Source of the DNA: a virus | Lineage: Duplodnaviria; Caudoviricetes | Virus record (IMG/VR): IMGVR_UViG_3300020403_000058 | Location: 1-29,542 of that record | Reading direction: 5' to 3' (one strand) | DNA: 29,542 bases | In this document: one piece after another, positions 19,101-26,258 of the stretch | Numbering within the stretch: position 1 is the stretch's first letter | Layout: each line of letters opens with the position of its first letter | Position numbers and translations under genes: made by a program | Notes under the pieces: model-generated | The model's input: only the letters and a program-made list of their open reading frames with translations | Database searches by the model: none | What the model was told of the DNA's origin: nothing

Positions 19101-21412
19101 GCTACTTGAGGAACGATCTTCAACTGAGGAATGATGACCGCAGATCCCTTGTGGTTACCACCCTTGATGGATACCAGGGGCATCTCCTGATAATCCACGC
19201 CCTCAGTGTCCACCAGGATCTCCTGCAAGGTGCCTTGAACCTGAGCAACGCAAGATGCACCCAAACCGACGTGACCGGGTTGTGTGACGGACAGACGAGG
19301 GGGATTCATTACATCGTAATCTGCCCCGGAGTTCAGAATATCGATGCTATTCAGAGCACCATAGAATAGTTTTTCGCTGGACTTATAAGATTGGATTTCG
19401 ACGCCGTTTGCAAACAGTCCGATACCACCAGGAATAGTTTCTGGAGGAGTCTCGTCAAACTGAGGGACTGGGAACTTACGGAGCAGTTGTTGGGCACCCT
19501 TATCCTTACCAACAAACTGAACAGGGGTGAAACTATGCTCAGTCTGCTTGTTAGAATCTGAGGTGGTGATACCAACGATGTAGATACCGTTACGGACGTT
19601 CTCTGACGTGTAAGCAAGGGAGAACTTGTTGCCGTTGATACGCTTCACATAGTATGAATCGCCATCAACCAGATTGTCTAACTTGTCACCCTGCACATTG
19701 GCATATGTGACAATATCACCATCAGCAAAGTGGTGATCAACGATCTCAATTTGAGTGCCAAACTGCTGCAGGTATGGATACAGTGTACGAGAACGCTTAG
19801 AAGCATTCATCGTCCAGTGTGGCAGACTGTTAGATGCCACATACACTGAATCGTCAGGACCCCTGTAGGTTGCCTGAACATCAGCGGTGTACTTGTCCTG
19901 AAGTTTCAGATTCCTACGAATGAAGTAGGTGGTGTTGGTATTCAGTGCCGCAGTGGTGACAACAATGCTGTGACTGTCAAGGACGTTGGTGATAGTCGCA
20001 GGATTGATGTTATTATCAGGATCTACAACATCAAGTTTGTCATCTTTAGTGAAGTCGTGAGGTCTGCTCAGATCCAACTGATACTTGCCAGTACCAACTA
20101 ACTTCCATCCCACAAGAGTGTGCTTGGGAGAAGAGTTCTGGATCCAGGTGGTAAACCGGGCATCAGTCTCAACGTTTCCAAGTTGCTTGACGTTGAGGAC
20201 GCTTTCCCGTTGCTGGTTCAGTGAAGAACCAACAAATTTAGACAGAATGCCTACGACTTCAACCTCAACGGGTTTTTCAACGTCTCCATCCTCATAGGAT
20301 GTGGCAGCAACACCCCAAGTAATGGTGGAACCGATCGAGGTCAGTGATGTGGTGGAGGTTACTCCAAGGAATTGGGTGTAAGTTTTATCTGTGTACTCAA
20401 AGGTCTCCCCATTCAGGGAGAAATATCCTGCCGTAGCAAAACCGACTGTGGAGTCAACGTCGAGAATCGTTGCGCCGGAAGGGATCTCACGGGTTACATA
20501 TGTCTTATTGATCTGCTCAAATGCGCCAAAGGTGGTGTCCTTTGACAGACTGATCTTGTAGTAAGTGTGGATGCCTACGATCGTAGACTCGACTGAATAC
20601 ACACTTGCGCTGGTTCCATCACCCTGACTGAGGGTCTGACCTCCAATCTTCAGGGCATTGCCCGACCGTCCTTTCGCCAGAATGACATCATTGGTCAGAT
20701 AGTCCGCAGAAGACGGACGAATCATGTACCGAGCGGGTTGAAGCATCTCAACCTCTTCGCCATAAAGCGCACCGAAGAGGATTTTGAAGGATTCTTCCGT
20801 GCCTTTTGTGCGGAAGAAGTCTTTCGCTTGGCGAATAAACGTACTTTGGTTGACTCTTTCGTTCAGTGGGCGCTCAGAGAACCCTGGCAGAACTTGTTTC
20901 TTGAGTTTTTTGAGGAAAGTTTTGAGGAAAACGTTGCTGAGGTTGGTAACTCGCGCCCCAGCACCATGAGTTCCCAGTCCACTATTGGTGAAAGTAAGGA
21001 ATTCAGGTTGGTTTGTCTTCTGGTTATTCTCAATACCACTAAAGGCACGCTGACATCCCGTAAAGGAAGTGGTGCCTATACCGGTATATGTGATAATTTC
21101 ATCGTTGATCTTCAGCAGACCCCAGGACCCAGGCCAACCCTTGGTCGAGTCCACATAGATGACATTATCTCTACCACCAACATACTGAGTGACTGACGTG
21201 AACCCAATCAGGTTCGTGTTGTTCAGAACATCAAGACTCTTATACTCAACTAAGTTCTCTGCAATATCAACCGATCCCCCCTGATACTCCTGGGAGAGAT
21301 AATATTGCTTCATGAACTCCCCAAAAAGCGGATTCTCTGAATCGATAGATTCTGGAATCTGACTTTGGACTACCTCATGAATTTTGACTCGGGTAAGAGA
21401 TGTCTCAATCAC
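13151..21412 (-). CDS. gp7: Baseplate wedge initiator gp7-like giant protein (2753 aa)
   Basis: GTG start. RVKI..VVQSQIP.....ENPLF.EFMKQYYLSQEYQGG and FIRQAKDFF.TKGT.ESFKILF.ALYG; HSPILGYAYDGNPIYGPY and DLDEHNGRF..TPEYPNGVYAY (YHYH-like segment); QDSDYYQ.FSYSLKS; located after gp6. Confidence 0.85.
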   Translation of the reverse strand: MIETSLTRVKIHEVVQSQIPESIDSENPLFGEFMKQYYLSQEYQGGSVDIAENLVEYKSLDVLNNTNLIGFTSVTQYVGGRDNVIYVDSTKGWPGSWGLLKINDEIITYTGIGTTSFTGCQRAFSGIENNQKTNQPEFLTFTNSGLGTHGAGARVTNLSNVFLKTFLKKLKKQVLPGFSERPLNERVNQSTFIRQAKDFFRTKGTEESFKILFGALYGEEVEMLQPARYMIRPSSADYLTNDVILAKGRSGNALKIGGQTLSQGDGTSASVYSVESTIVGIHTYYKISLSKDTTFGAFEQINKTYVTREIPSGATILDVDSTVGFATAGYFSLNGETFEYTDKTYTQFLGVTSTTSLTSIGSTITWGVAATSYEDGDVEKPVEVEVVGILSKFVGSSLNQQRESVLNVKQLGNVETDARFTTWIQNSSPKHTLVGWKLVGTGKYQLDLSRPHDFTKDDKLDVVDPDNNINPATITNVLDSHSIVVTTAALNTNTTYFIRRNLKLQDKYTADVQATYRGPDDSVYVASNSLPHWTMNASKRSRTLYPYLQQFGTQIEIVDHHFADGDIVTYANVQGDKLDNLVDGDSYYVKRINGNKFSLAYTSENVRNGIYIVGITTSDSNKQTEHSFTPVQFVGKDKGAQQLLRKFPVPQFDETPPETIPGGIGLFANGVEIQSYKSSEKLFYGALNSIDILNSGADYDVMNPPRLSVTQPGHVGLGASCVAQVQGTLQEILVDTEGVDYQEMPLVSIKGGNHKGSAVIIPQLKIVPQVAEFDATSAGGVVNTEEDRFQFKVPHGFKHGEAVIYTSGGTTEIGIGTTPGNLIDGNPYYVVVKDEFEIMLSESPAKALAGIGTIPIDSNGAGVHKFSTVERRNKLDKIYVDQPGTFYNRTLRVTSGTVGINTFIDAFYYPNHGFVDGDQIRYEAPNAVAIGGLSKGQDYWCRKIDDDRFRLANVEDGDTFIKLLSDGSGSHLLSDPPIFVNIVGRQGITTANATATPILRGSIIGAEVTESGTKFGSTVINDNHRPDVEVIAGKNAYLQPFIVNGRIESIIIKAGGQDFFNIPDIVISGDGIGAKAKAVVSNGEVVDIVMIQKGANYTQAQTTAKAVTPGTGAIFSANVKTWTINNVDRYAKKDDVKTDDGFYIPAREAKFGLPYVNYYVPRQLRSYLGDDGVEHSPILGYAYDGNPIYGPYAFSGTNGGSLKYMQSSYVKVTGQRFDGPPILDYPAGFFVEDYKYVPGSGDLDEHNGRFAVTPEYPNGVYAYYTTVSTNLVSNSGDPFHNSRSPVFPYVVGNTYRSKIETKNFEYDFDQRQDPTQYGLVKNTKSFNITEYEFVSNANRGTDVQSRILTTEQGPIDTIKIIESGEGYYVNDNLVFNNVGTNGFGAIARVNRIVGPKVLEVESSRLEVEDVEFVFSEGVVTGITTLPHNLGNNSFIQVSDISSTDHVQMEGIHQVTVENITVGVSTQLANVGATAGLTTSIRLSENVNIFSVNDIVQVDDEQMKVFGIDTLMNQVDLIRGFNGTVSAAHTFGVAMKLLPTKFTYRLPYVPPTSENYTVYFDGGGQVGLGLSYGAANNHTIDTVDFGQQTIPTRSLFIPRHSFQTGDKIKYNSENGTRLNYQPTTGAGGTDSGWTSPVPETDLYVQVLSQNTIGIVTTFAGIGSADARVMYYPDQTGIGNTHFFKTDRGVVTGKVSTTNVLATTKETHSLRPLDSVVMTLVSAATSSVALVYDPGDRYVSIGNSANPRINVTRGDTLEFDISDVSMVDTKVQFFLDPKYQKEFVGSGTTDPQVTYSGTPGNANAKAVVSMNSGAPDVLYYKVNSLSSVKTIDENIDIDDHNKIVVNNSEYTATGTISTVGSDQFTFNIFKEPERVGYTTQTANISYLTDSKNDSGPVGTIEIISGGVNYRDIPEVSIASTSGTSALIRPAGSNIGKIREVNISGYGYDYPSDKTLRPEAAVPQVIYLKDNFTITEVGISSAGRKYLTPPDLVIYNSKTDQISDTTKFRVDLQGSGVSNVQIISGGSNLRSGDNKIVAINNSNGVGIVSASYAYPNVTLTLKTPQSGFTNAVPLPFAVGDRVFVENVGVSTGHGYNSADFGYQSFELTEVNANLNVFNGATIKYQTTQNPGSYDNSQFGSVTNVVDIAQFEVTLKESEFDSGETINNNAGASAKVVFGKGKRRNVLRVDSVDGFEVGDRITAELSNSGGTIEQIDTAEGHFETGIVYKGRFGWENDTGKLSDITQRIQDSDYYQQFSYSLKSKIGISSWSEPVDSLAHIAGFKKHSDMLINSSVVGLGTTSQVTIAGDGGDAQAVVLIESSDKLSCFRAFDTGFEVPDSTNTTSDKIVFTSTRFGATIISNTNRVLEIDDISPQFYNDPDVIRAVVIDTFPHGGGVGGGGSGVDPLAGVKYHAQVVLDESLGRTFNTTQFCEFIVFSDGTDSYINQYSDLSDSFDLGEFIAEMSGNDVVVKFQPFNNTFTYDITFYKEELPRTVTAGIGSTAFGHVEKIGVSSAFASAGSPATVSMLDIDGTKFRSGLLVVAHETATESEMEEYNFLMDGNNNVIYSDYGNLDSGTTLGDFDMDQSSNVLSLTYTPAANQAVDVHMMVTSVGVATTAQSNVSGISSLPVGDAELNASYVPIGASATPSNTPISIKDTGTFTSVKYFVQIHNTTDDEYSVFTVAGNSTNGNLNYNTYNNLSNASSERRDIRNVEMDLDGNNMRLMFMPLADKEYVCRTYEIRLDRPDSIAQDTTIDI

Positions 21413-21417
21413 GTTTA

Positions 21418-23514
21418 TTAGTATCCGCTAGATGATGGTGACGAGGAACTGGAGGAAGAACTCCCACTAACAAGAGTGGTAGTGACCACTGGTGAGGATG
21501 TAATCAACTTACTTCCGGGAGCATGAGAGGAACCAGTCATTTTGGTTCCGTCAGGCATAACGTGGTAATCACCATAATATTTTTCGCCGTTCACATAACC
21601 GATTAGAGTAGAACCGGCAGTAGTAGTTATAATGGTTCCACGAACCTTCTTATCAGCAAAGTAACTAGACTGAGAAAGGAACCTTGAACCAGAACTATTG
21701 TTACCAGTTGCAACGCTGTCTACACGCATGTAGATGTTGCTCTTTGCTACATCAAACGAGAGATACATCTCGTTCCTAGCAAGGACATCATTCGACAGGG
21801 GCACTGCCTCAATCTCAATGATGTTGTTCTCTTCCAGAGTAGATGTGATATTTACAGTCTCAAGAATGATCTCACCTTTCTCATAATCAATCCGACCAAA
21901 CTTGGAGTTGATCACTTGGACACGATCATCTTCCAGGATCTGGAACAGGAACAGGTCACCAGTGGTGGCAGTTACCTTGTTATCTGAGAAGTAGCAAGTT
22001 CCAACCACACCAGAGACATTGAATCCAGTGGAGTGGATGTTGTAGGAACTAGCAGAGCAGTAGAAGGGATTCAGGAAGCAGATCTCATACTGTGCAAACT
22101 GATTGATCTTGGCAACCAGGTTACGACGCATCCTGACCAGGGTGATGTTGGAGGTGATGGAGTTGTCCACACCATCAATGGTTGCTTGGATGCCGCTGTA
22201 CTTGAATCGACCACCGAATCGGTTGATCTCACGTCCACCACCGTAGACAGTGAGGGAGTTCATTACATTCGACTTGAGGTTATCAATATCACCAACGAAA
22301 TTGGTGTTGTAGTATACGTAAGTATCTACCTCAACATACAAGAAACTCAGGTCCACAAAAGATGGCAGGATACCTGCAATCGTGTAATTACGAAGAGAAG
22401 AAAGCAGTTGCTTCTTAGTCAGATCAGACAGGAAGAAACCATTCTTAGGTTTGGCAGCAATGAATACCCGACCATACTGTGGAGGAGTCAGTTCTTCGCC
22501 CCCATAGGCGCTCACAGACTCGATGTTGGGGTACAGAGAGGGTAGGATTGCCTCATAGTCATTTGCCGTCACAGCACGGTTCTGAGCGGCATACAGGCGG
22601 GGTGCATAATACTTGACACTCTCCAGTGACTCGATAGAGTCGCCATTTTCAGAAGGAGTCGCTGTGAACAGGTTTGCGGCAAATCCACTTTCAGTGGCAC
22701 CGTTCTGATCCTTCATCGTTCCGACAAAGTTGAAGAAACGAACGCCGTTTCCTGCCTTGCCGTTGGTCTTGATGTACCCAACAGTAACTACGTTGCCTGA
22801 CTGAAGTTTTCTACCAAAGACACCATCACCAAAGAGGACTTCATACTTCTCGTCAGTGGTCTCTTGGATCAAGTAGATGTTGGAGGCACTAGTAACACCA
22901 ACAATAGAATCAACCAACTTATACTCAGTAACGGTATTATCAGAAGCACTGTTCTTTACCTTGACTCTGAGAGTAGACGTATCCACCCCATTGTTGGGAA
23001 TGATATATCTTTGGTTAGGCAGCGAATCGTTGACGGTGTAGGTGTTCTCTAGGTACTGACCCTGATAGATCTCAATAGAAGCACCCGCTGAACCATCACT
23101 TGCGGGGAAGGTGATCTGTTCAGGGATAGAGAAGATATAATTTACGTCAGATACAGAACCGTTAGCGATGACGCCTGGTTGGATGGAGACCGTCTCAGTG
23201 GTAGTGGGAAGGTCATTGATATCGATGTCAACTACCGCCCTCGCCGCACGGACAGAACGAGGTACATAACCGATATTGCGAGCAAGAGATACAACATTTT
23301 CTCTTAGCGTTGCTGAGTCTATAAACGTCTCATTCACCGCCATGTTGGTGTTGTAGGCGGTGCTATACGAGTTATAAGCAAGTACGTTGATGAGCATTGA
23401 GAGGTTAGACCCCTCAAAGTCCATATCTGTGAAGTTACTATTCTCCCTCAGATAGTCTTTGATTGAGGTCTTGATGTCCTCAAAGTTCAGATTGGTAAAT
23501 TGGGTTAGTGCCAT
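21418..23514 (-). CDS. gp6: Baseplate wedge subunit gp6 (698 aa) with a C-terminal His/Met motif and Ser-rich tail
   Basis: LNFEDIKTSIKDYLR...FTD.DFEGSNLS.LI.VLAYN, ETFIDSATLRENVVSLARNIGYVPRS, YEVLFGDGVFG and AQNRAVTANDYE. Confidence 0.93.
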   Translation of the reverse strand: MALTQFTNLNFEDIKTSIKDYLRENSNFTDMDFEGSNLSMLINVLAYNSYSTAYNTNMAVNETFIDSATLRENVVSLARNIGYVPRSVRAARAVVDIDINDLPTTTETVSIQPGVIANGSVSDVNYIFSIPEQITFPASDGSAGASIEIYQGQYLENTYTVNDSLPNQRYIIPNNGVDTSTLRVKVKNSASDNTVTEYKLVDSIVGVTSASNIYLIQETTDEKYEVLFGDGVFGRKLQSGNVVTVGYIKTNGKAGNGVRFFNFVGTMKDQNGATESGFAANLFTATPSENGDSIESLESVKYYAPRLYAAQNRAVTANDYEAILPSLYPNIESVSAYGGEELTPPQYGRVFIAAKPKNGFFLSDLTKKQLLSSLRNYTIAGILPSFVDLSFLYVEVDTYVYYNTNFVGDIDNLKSNVMNSLTVYGGGREINRFGGRFKYSGIQATIDGVDNSITSNITLVRMRRNLVAKINQFAQYEICFLNPFYCSASSYNIHSTGFNVSGVVGTCYFSDNKVTATTGDLFLFQILEDDRVQVINSKFGRIDYEKGEIILETVNITSTLEENNIIEIEAVPLSNDVLARNEMYLSFDVAKSNIYMRVDSVATGNNSSGSRFLSQSSYFADKKVRGTIITTTAGSTLIGYVNGEKYYGDYHVMPDGTKMTGSSHAPGSKLITSSPVVTTTLVSGSSSSSSSSPSSSGY

Positions 23515-23918
23515 TATAACCTGGTGGGTTCGAGGATGAATGTCACACTTTGTGATGGAGCATTCTGCCCCACAATGTCATAGTAAATTGCTATATCGAG
23601 GACGTTTCTGTCGGGATAACTTTCGACCTTCACATCGGTCAGTCTGACCCTAGGTTCAAAGTTACCGATAGTAGTTTCAATCTCAGTCTTGATGGGGTCG
23701 ATATAATCCCCATCAGCGAGTTCAAATAAAGATCCTGTAATCCTAGTTCCCAGTAGGTTATTGAAGAAGACTTCGCCTAGTTGGATACGTACCAGGTTTT
23801 GAACAGATCGCTTGATAGCGTCCTCGTTCTTCAGAGGAATAATATCGTTAGTGACCGGATGCCTTTTGAAAGACAGTGAAATGTCTTTGAAAGGTAGCGA
23901 TGTTCTCTGAAGAGGCAC
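23514..23918 (-). CDS. gp25: Baseplate wedge protein gp25 (GPW/gp25 family, 134 aa)
   Basis: FKDISLSFKRHPVTNDI..LKNEDAIKRSV.NLV....GE.FF...LG.....LFE and I.NFEPRV.L..V.V; GTG start; TAATG overlap with gp6. Confidence 0.92.
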   Translation of the reverse strand: MPLQRTSLPFKDISLSFKRHPVTNDIIPLKNEDAIKRSVQNLVRIQLGEVFFNNLLGTRITGSLFELADGDYIDPIKTEIETTIGNFEPRVRLTDVKVESYPDRNVLDIAIYYDIVGQNAPSQSVTFILEPTRL

Positions 23919-23943
23919 TGCGCGACCTAGTATTTTGCCATTG

Positions 23944-23954
23944 TATTTATTTAG
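23944..23954 (-). promoter_or_regulatory. Overlapping tandem late promoter motifs CTAAATAAATA for the baseplate operon
   Basis: Plus strand tatttatttag gives two overlapping TAAATA boxes just downstream of the terminator, about 25 nt before gp25. Confidence 0.75.
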
Positions 23955-23959
23955 AGCAC

Positions 23960-23982
23960 AAAAAAAGGGGTCTTTCGACCCC
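23960..23982 (-). terminator. Rho-independent terminator
   Basis: Minus strand reads GGGGTC-GAAA-GACCCC-TTTTTTT: a 6-bp GC-rich stem, GNRA tetraloop and 7-U tract, 4 nt after the stop at 23987. Confidence 0.92.
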
Positions 23983-23986
23983 TCCT

Positions 23987-24151
23987 TTATTCTTCATCTG
24001 ATCCGATGTATATCACGTCTACGCTTTCTGGATGGGGAGTACCGGTCTGATAGAAGTCGTCAGCAAGGTCTTGCGTAACGTCTTCCATTTCTTCTTCGCT
24101 AATAGCGTGATGGATTCTTTGCCCATCAACAAAGATGTCGTACCGGTCCAT
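23987..24151 (-). CDS. Small acidic conserved cyanophage hypothetical protein (54 aa)
   Basis: Start moved to the ATG at 24151 (MDRYDIFVDGQRIHHAISEEEMEDVTQDLADDFYQTGTPHPESVDVIYIGSDEE), which avoids a 152-nt overlap with the upstream gene; a TATAGATA late-like box lies at 24172-24179. Confidence 0.75.
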   Translation of the reverse strand: MDRYDIFVDGQRIHHAISEEEMEDVTQDLADDFYQTGTPHPESVDVIYIGSDEE

Positions 24152-24182
24152 ATCAGCGTAACCACTTGATATATCTATAAAA

Positions 24183-24947
24183 TCAAATGATTCTCGTTTT
24201 CTCGTGTCCGACACGGCACTTAGGATCACACCAGATCTCGAAACCTGCTTTCTTAGCATCGAGACAGAAGGACACGTCTTCGCCACACATATCTTGAACC
24301 TCCCCGGATTCAAAGACCTGCATCTGAGGAGCAAACCAGGGGTACTTCATATCGGCATGTTCAAACACACCCTTCTTGATTAGCAACCAACCGAAACCGG
24401 TGTAATCAACAGTGAATGGTTTGCGACGCTTCTGGATACCATCAAGCATCTCGTGGTTCATCACACCACCATTGTTCTTGAAGTCATCCTCTTCCAACCA
24501 GTGTGCAACAGAAGTGGTGTTGCCATCTTCAGTCACATACCAACCAGCAGCAAGTGCCTTGTCCATCCAAAGGATGCGGTAGAACTGCTCAAGACCGAAA
24601 ACGATATCGCTGTCGATCCACAGTTGATAGTCATACTGGAGTTTGCCATCCCAAGGTTCCTGATCAGGACCCCGGAGGACATTTGCACCAAGACACTTGC
24701 AACGGGCAAAGTTGACCATTGAAGAATAGTCTTGGGAGATCTGAATAGCACCACCCTGCTGCACAATCTCAAAACAGAGTTGCACAAAGTTTTTCAGGAA
24801 GATATAGGAAACACCGCGACCGGGAAGGCAGAAGACGAAGGTCTTACCCTTCACCATCTCTCTTGCGGCTTCAATTGAAAATTCATCCGACTTTTTGGTC
24901 TGTTCACCTTCAGGCGGAGTCGTCACCACCTTGAAACCTTTAGCCAT
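24183..24947 (-). CDS. Glycosyltransferase-like protein, GT-A fold (254 aa)
   Basis: VFCLPG, VNFARC, YDYQLWIDSDIVF (DxD motif), VDYTGFGWLLIKKGVFE, GEDVSFC and CRVGHEK form a GT2-like motif set. Confidence 0.8.
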   Translation of the reverse strand: MAKGFKVVTTPPEGEQTKKSDEFSIEAAREMVKGKTFVFCLPGRGVSYIFLKNFVQLCFEIVQQGGAIQISQDYSSMVNFARCKCLGANVLRGPDQEPWDGKLQYDYQLWIDSDIVFGLEQFYRILWMDKALAAGWYVTEDGNTTSVAHWLEEDDFKNNGGVMNHEMLDGIQKRRKPFTVDYTGFGWLLIKKGVFEHADMKYPWFAPQMQVFESGEVQDMCGEDVSFCLDAKKAGFEIWCDPKCRVGHEKTRII

Positions 24948-24989
24948 ACATGTAGGTCAATTTGTAATAAGGCATCATGCCCCAATGGC

Positions 24990-25018
24990 ATAATACCATA
25001 TTATTTAGTACCCATCAA
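24990..25018 (-). promoter_or_regulatory. Sigma70-type promoter with a late CTAAATA box inside its spacer
   Basis: Minus strand reads TTGATG-ggtaCTAAATAatatgg-TATTAT: -35 at 25013-25018, 17-nt spacer, extended -10 (TGn) at 24990-24995, late box at 25002-25008. Confidence 0.6.
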
Positions 25019-26258
25019 GTTCGGGAAAAGTCTGTCTCCAATTGGTTCCTCGGGTTCTATCAAGGTCATCAAAATACTCTTTTGCAATCTCCCATGACCC
25101 AGGTTCGCAAGGTCTCATCATATCCAAGGCAACTGCTTCACTTACGCTTTTTACCTCATCATAGATTTGTTCCTTGATGGGTTCTGGCACATTATTGACT
25201 TTTAGGAAGTGTGGGTCTTCTAATCGGTTATAGATTGTAAATGGACGCTCCTTCAGTCCATTCTTTTCAAAGAAATCAAATACTTCCTTGATTTTGAAAA
25301 CGCTCAACAGGGAAGGCGTAAATGTCGCCTGCATTGAACCCTTACCAGTTCTAAGACAATATTCCCGCATCGCTTGGACATTCGCCCAAGTTTGGTCCCA
25401 GTCAGTCGGATATCGCAAATAGTGGTTTCTATCACCCAGTCCATCGCAACTCCACTGCAAATGGATCCAATTGAACGCTTCAAAGTATTTTTCCATCTTT
25501 TTCATGTCCCACAGAGTCATATTCGAGACATAGTTCAATTTCATCCTTTTTGACTTTCCTGCAAGGACTAGGGCGTCCAAAACTTGAAAGTGTGCCTTCA
25601 TCAGCATTGGTTCGCCCCCACAGAACCCCATTGCACCAACACGGTCAGCATTGTCCACAATGTCTTCTACAAGGCGCTCAAACTGCTCTGGGTCAACTTT
25701 TCGCAGATCTGTAGGCAACCAGGCAACATCATCCTGCTCACGGGTAAACCAATCGTCTCTTCCCTCAGACACCCGCAATTCTGACAGTTTCTCTAATCTC
25801 TTCTCCCTAGTCGTCGAATCTGACGGGTGGCAACCGTAACATTCTAGATTACAATAGTTACCGTAAAAATTGAGTTCTAGATTGATTTTTGGCAGCAGAC
25901 TTGGATCATGATTGTGATTATACGTTCCATCGTCATTGTATAGATCAAATATCTTAGGATCGAGTGGCATCATCAAACGAGGTGATGTACCACTCTCCTT
26001 TTCCCTCATATGGCAAATATGACAGGTTGCTTGGCACTGATTGGTGATTTCACCTGCCAACATCCCACGACGCAACTCAACTGCTTCTGGACTGTCAAAA
26101 TAGTCAAAAACAGTGTCAGTTATGGGACTGACTAGTTGTTGGCGGTGTGCCCAGCAGCATGGAGCGTATCCATGCGATTGTCCGTTCCTAACGTTGAAAA
26201 ACGGGTATGCACAGATTGCATTGTCCTTTTGGTTGGCAAATAACTCTTCTCTGTTCAT
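25005..26258 (-). CDS. Radical SAM enzyme with an N-terminal twitch/SPASM-like domain (417 aa)
   Basis: GNYCNLECYGCHP (CxxxCxxC), FCGGEPML, SCDGLG..NHYLRYPTDW; N-terminal CAYPF...PCC...LRRGML.GE....C..C...E auxiliary-cluster pattern; C-terminal LDRTRGTNW..TFPEL. Confidence 0.88.
   Translation of the reverse strand: MNREELFANQKDNAICAYPFFNVRNGQSHGYAPCCWAHRQQLVSPITDTVFDYFDSPEAVELRRGMLAGEITNQCQATCHICHMREKESGTSPRLMMPLDPKIFDLYNDDGTYNHNHDPSLLPKINLELNFYGNYCNLECYGCHPSDSTTREKRLEKLSELRVSEGRDDWFTREQDDVAWLPTDLRKVDPEQFERLVEDIVDNADRVGAMGFCGGEPMLMKAHFQVLDALVLAGKSKRMKLNYVSNMTLWDMKKMEKYFEAFNWIHLQWSCDGLGDRNHYLRYPTDWDQTWANVQAMREYCLRTGKGSMQATFTPSLLSVFKIKEVFDFFEKNGLKERPFTIYNRLEDPHFLKVNNVPEPIKEQIYDEVKSVSEAVALDMMRPCEPGSWEIAKEYFDDLDRTRGTNWRQTFPELDGY

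Noticed and set aside
1982-22545. Many long plus-strand ORFs (for example 3167-4450, 1982-2839, 17675-18562, 16553-17380)
   Set aside because: They lie wholly antisense to well-supported structural genes and show no recognisable motifs; they are explained by codon bias that leaves few stop codons on the opposite strand
23514-23918. Lysozyme activity for gp25
   Set aside because: This is a legacy annotation; the family is a structural sheath-initiation and baseplate component
24152-24334. 115-aa version of the ORF ending at 23987
   Set aside because: The extension overlaps the glycosyltransferase by 152 nt; the ATG at 24151 gives a clean non-overlapping gene
25005-26258. Anaerobic sulfatase maturase or MoaA assignment for the radical SAM gene
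   Set aside because: No sulfatase lies nearby, the domain order differs, and the C-terminal MoaA or anSME cysteine motifs are absent
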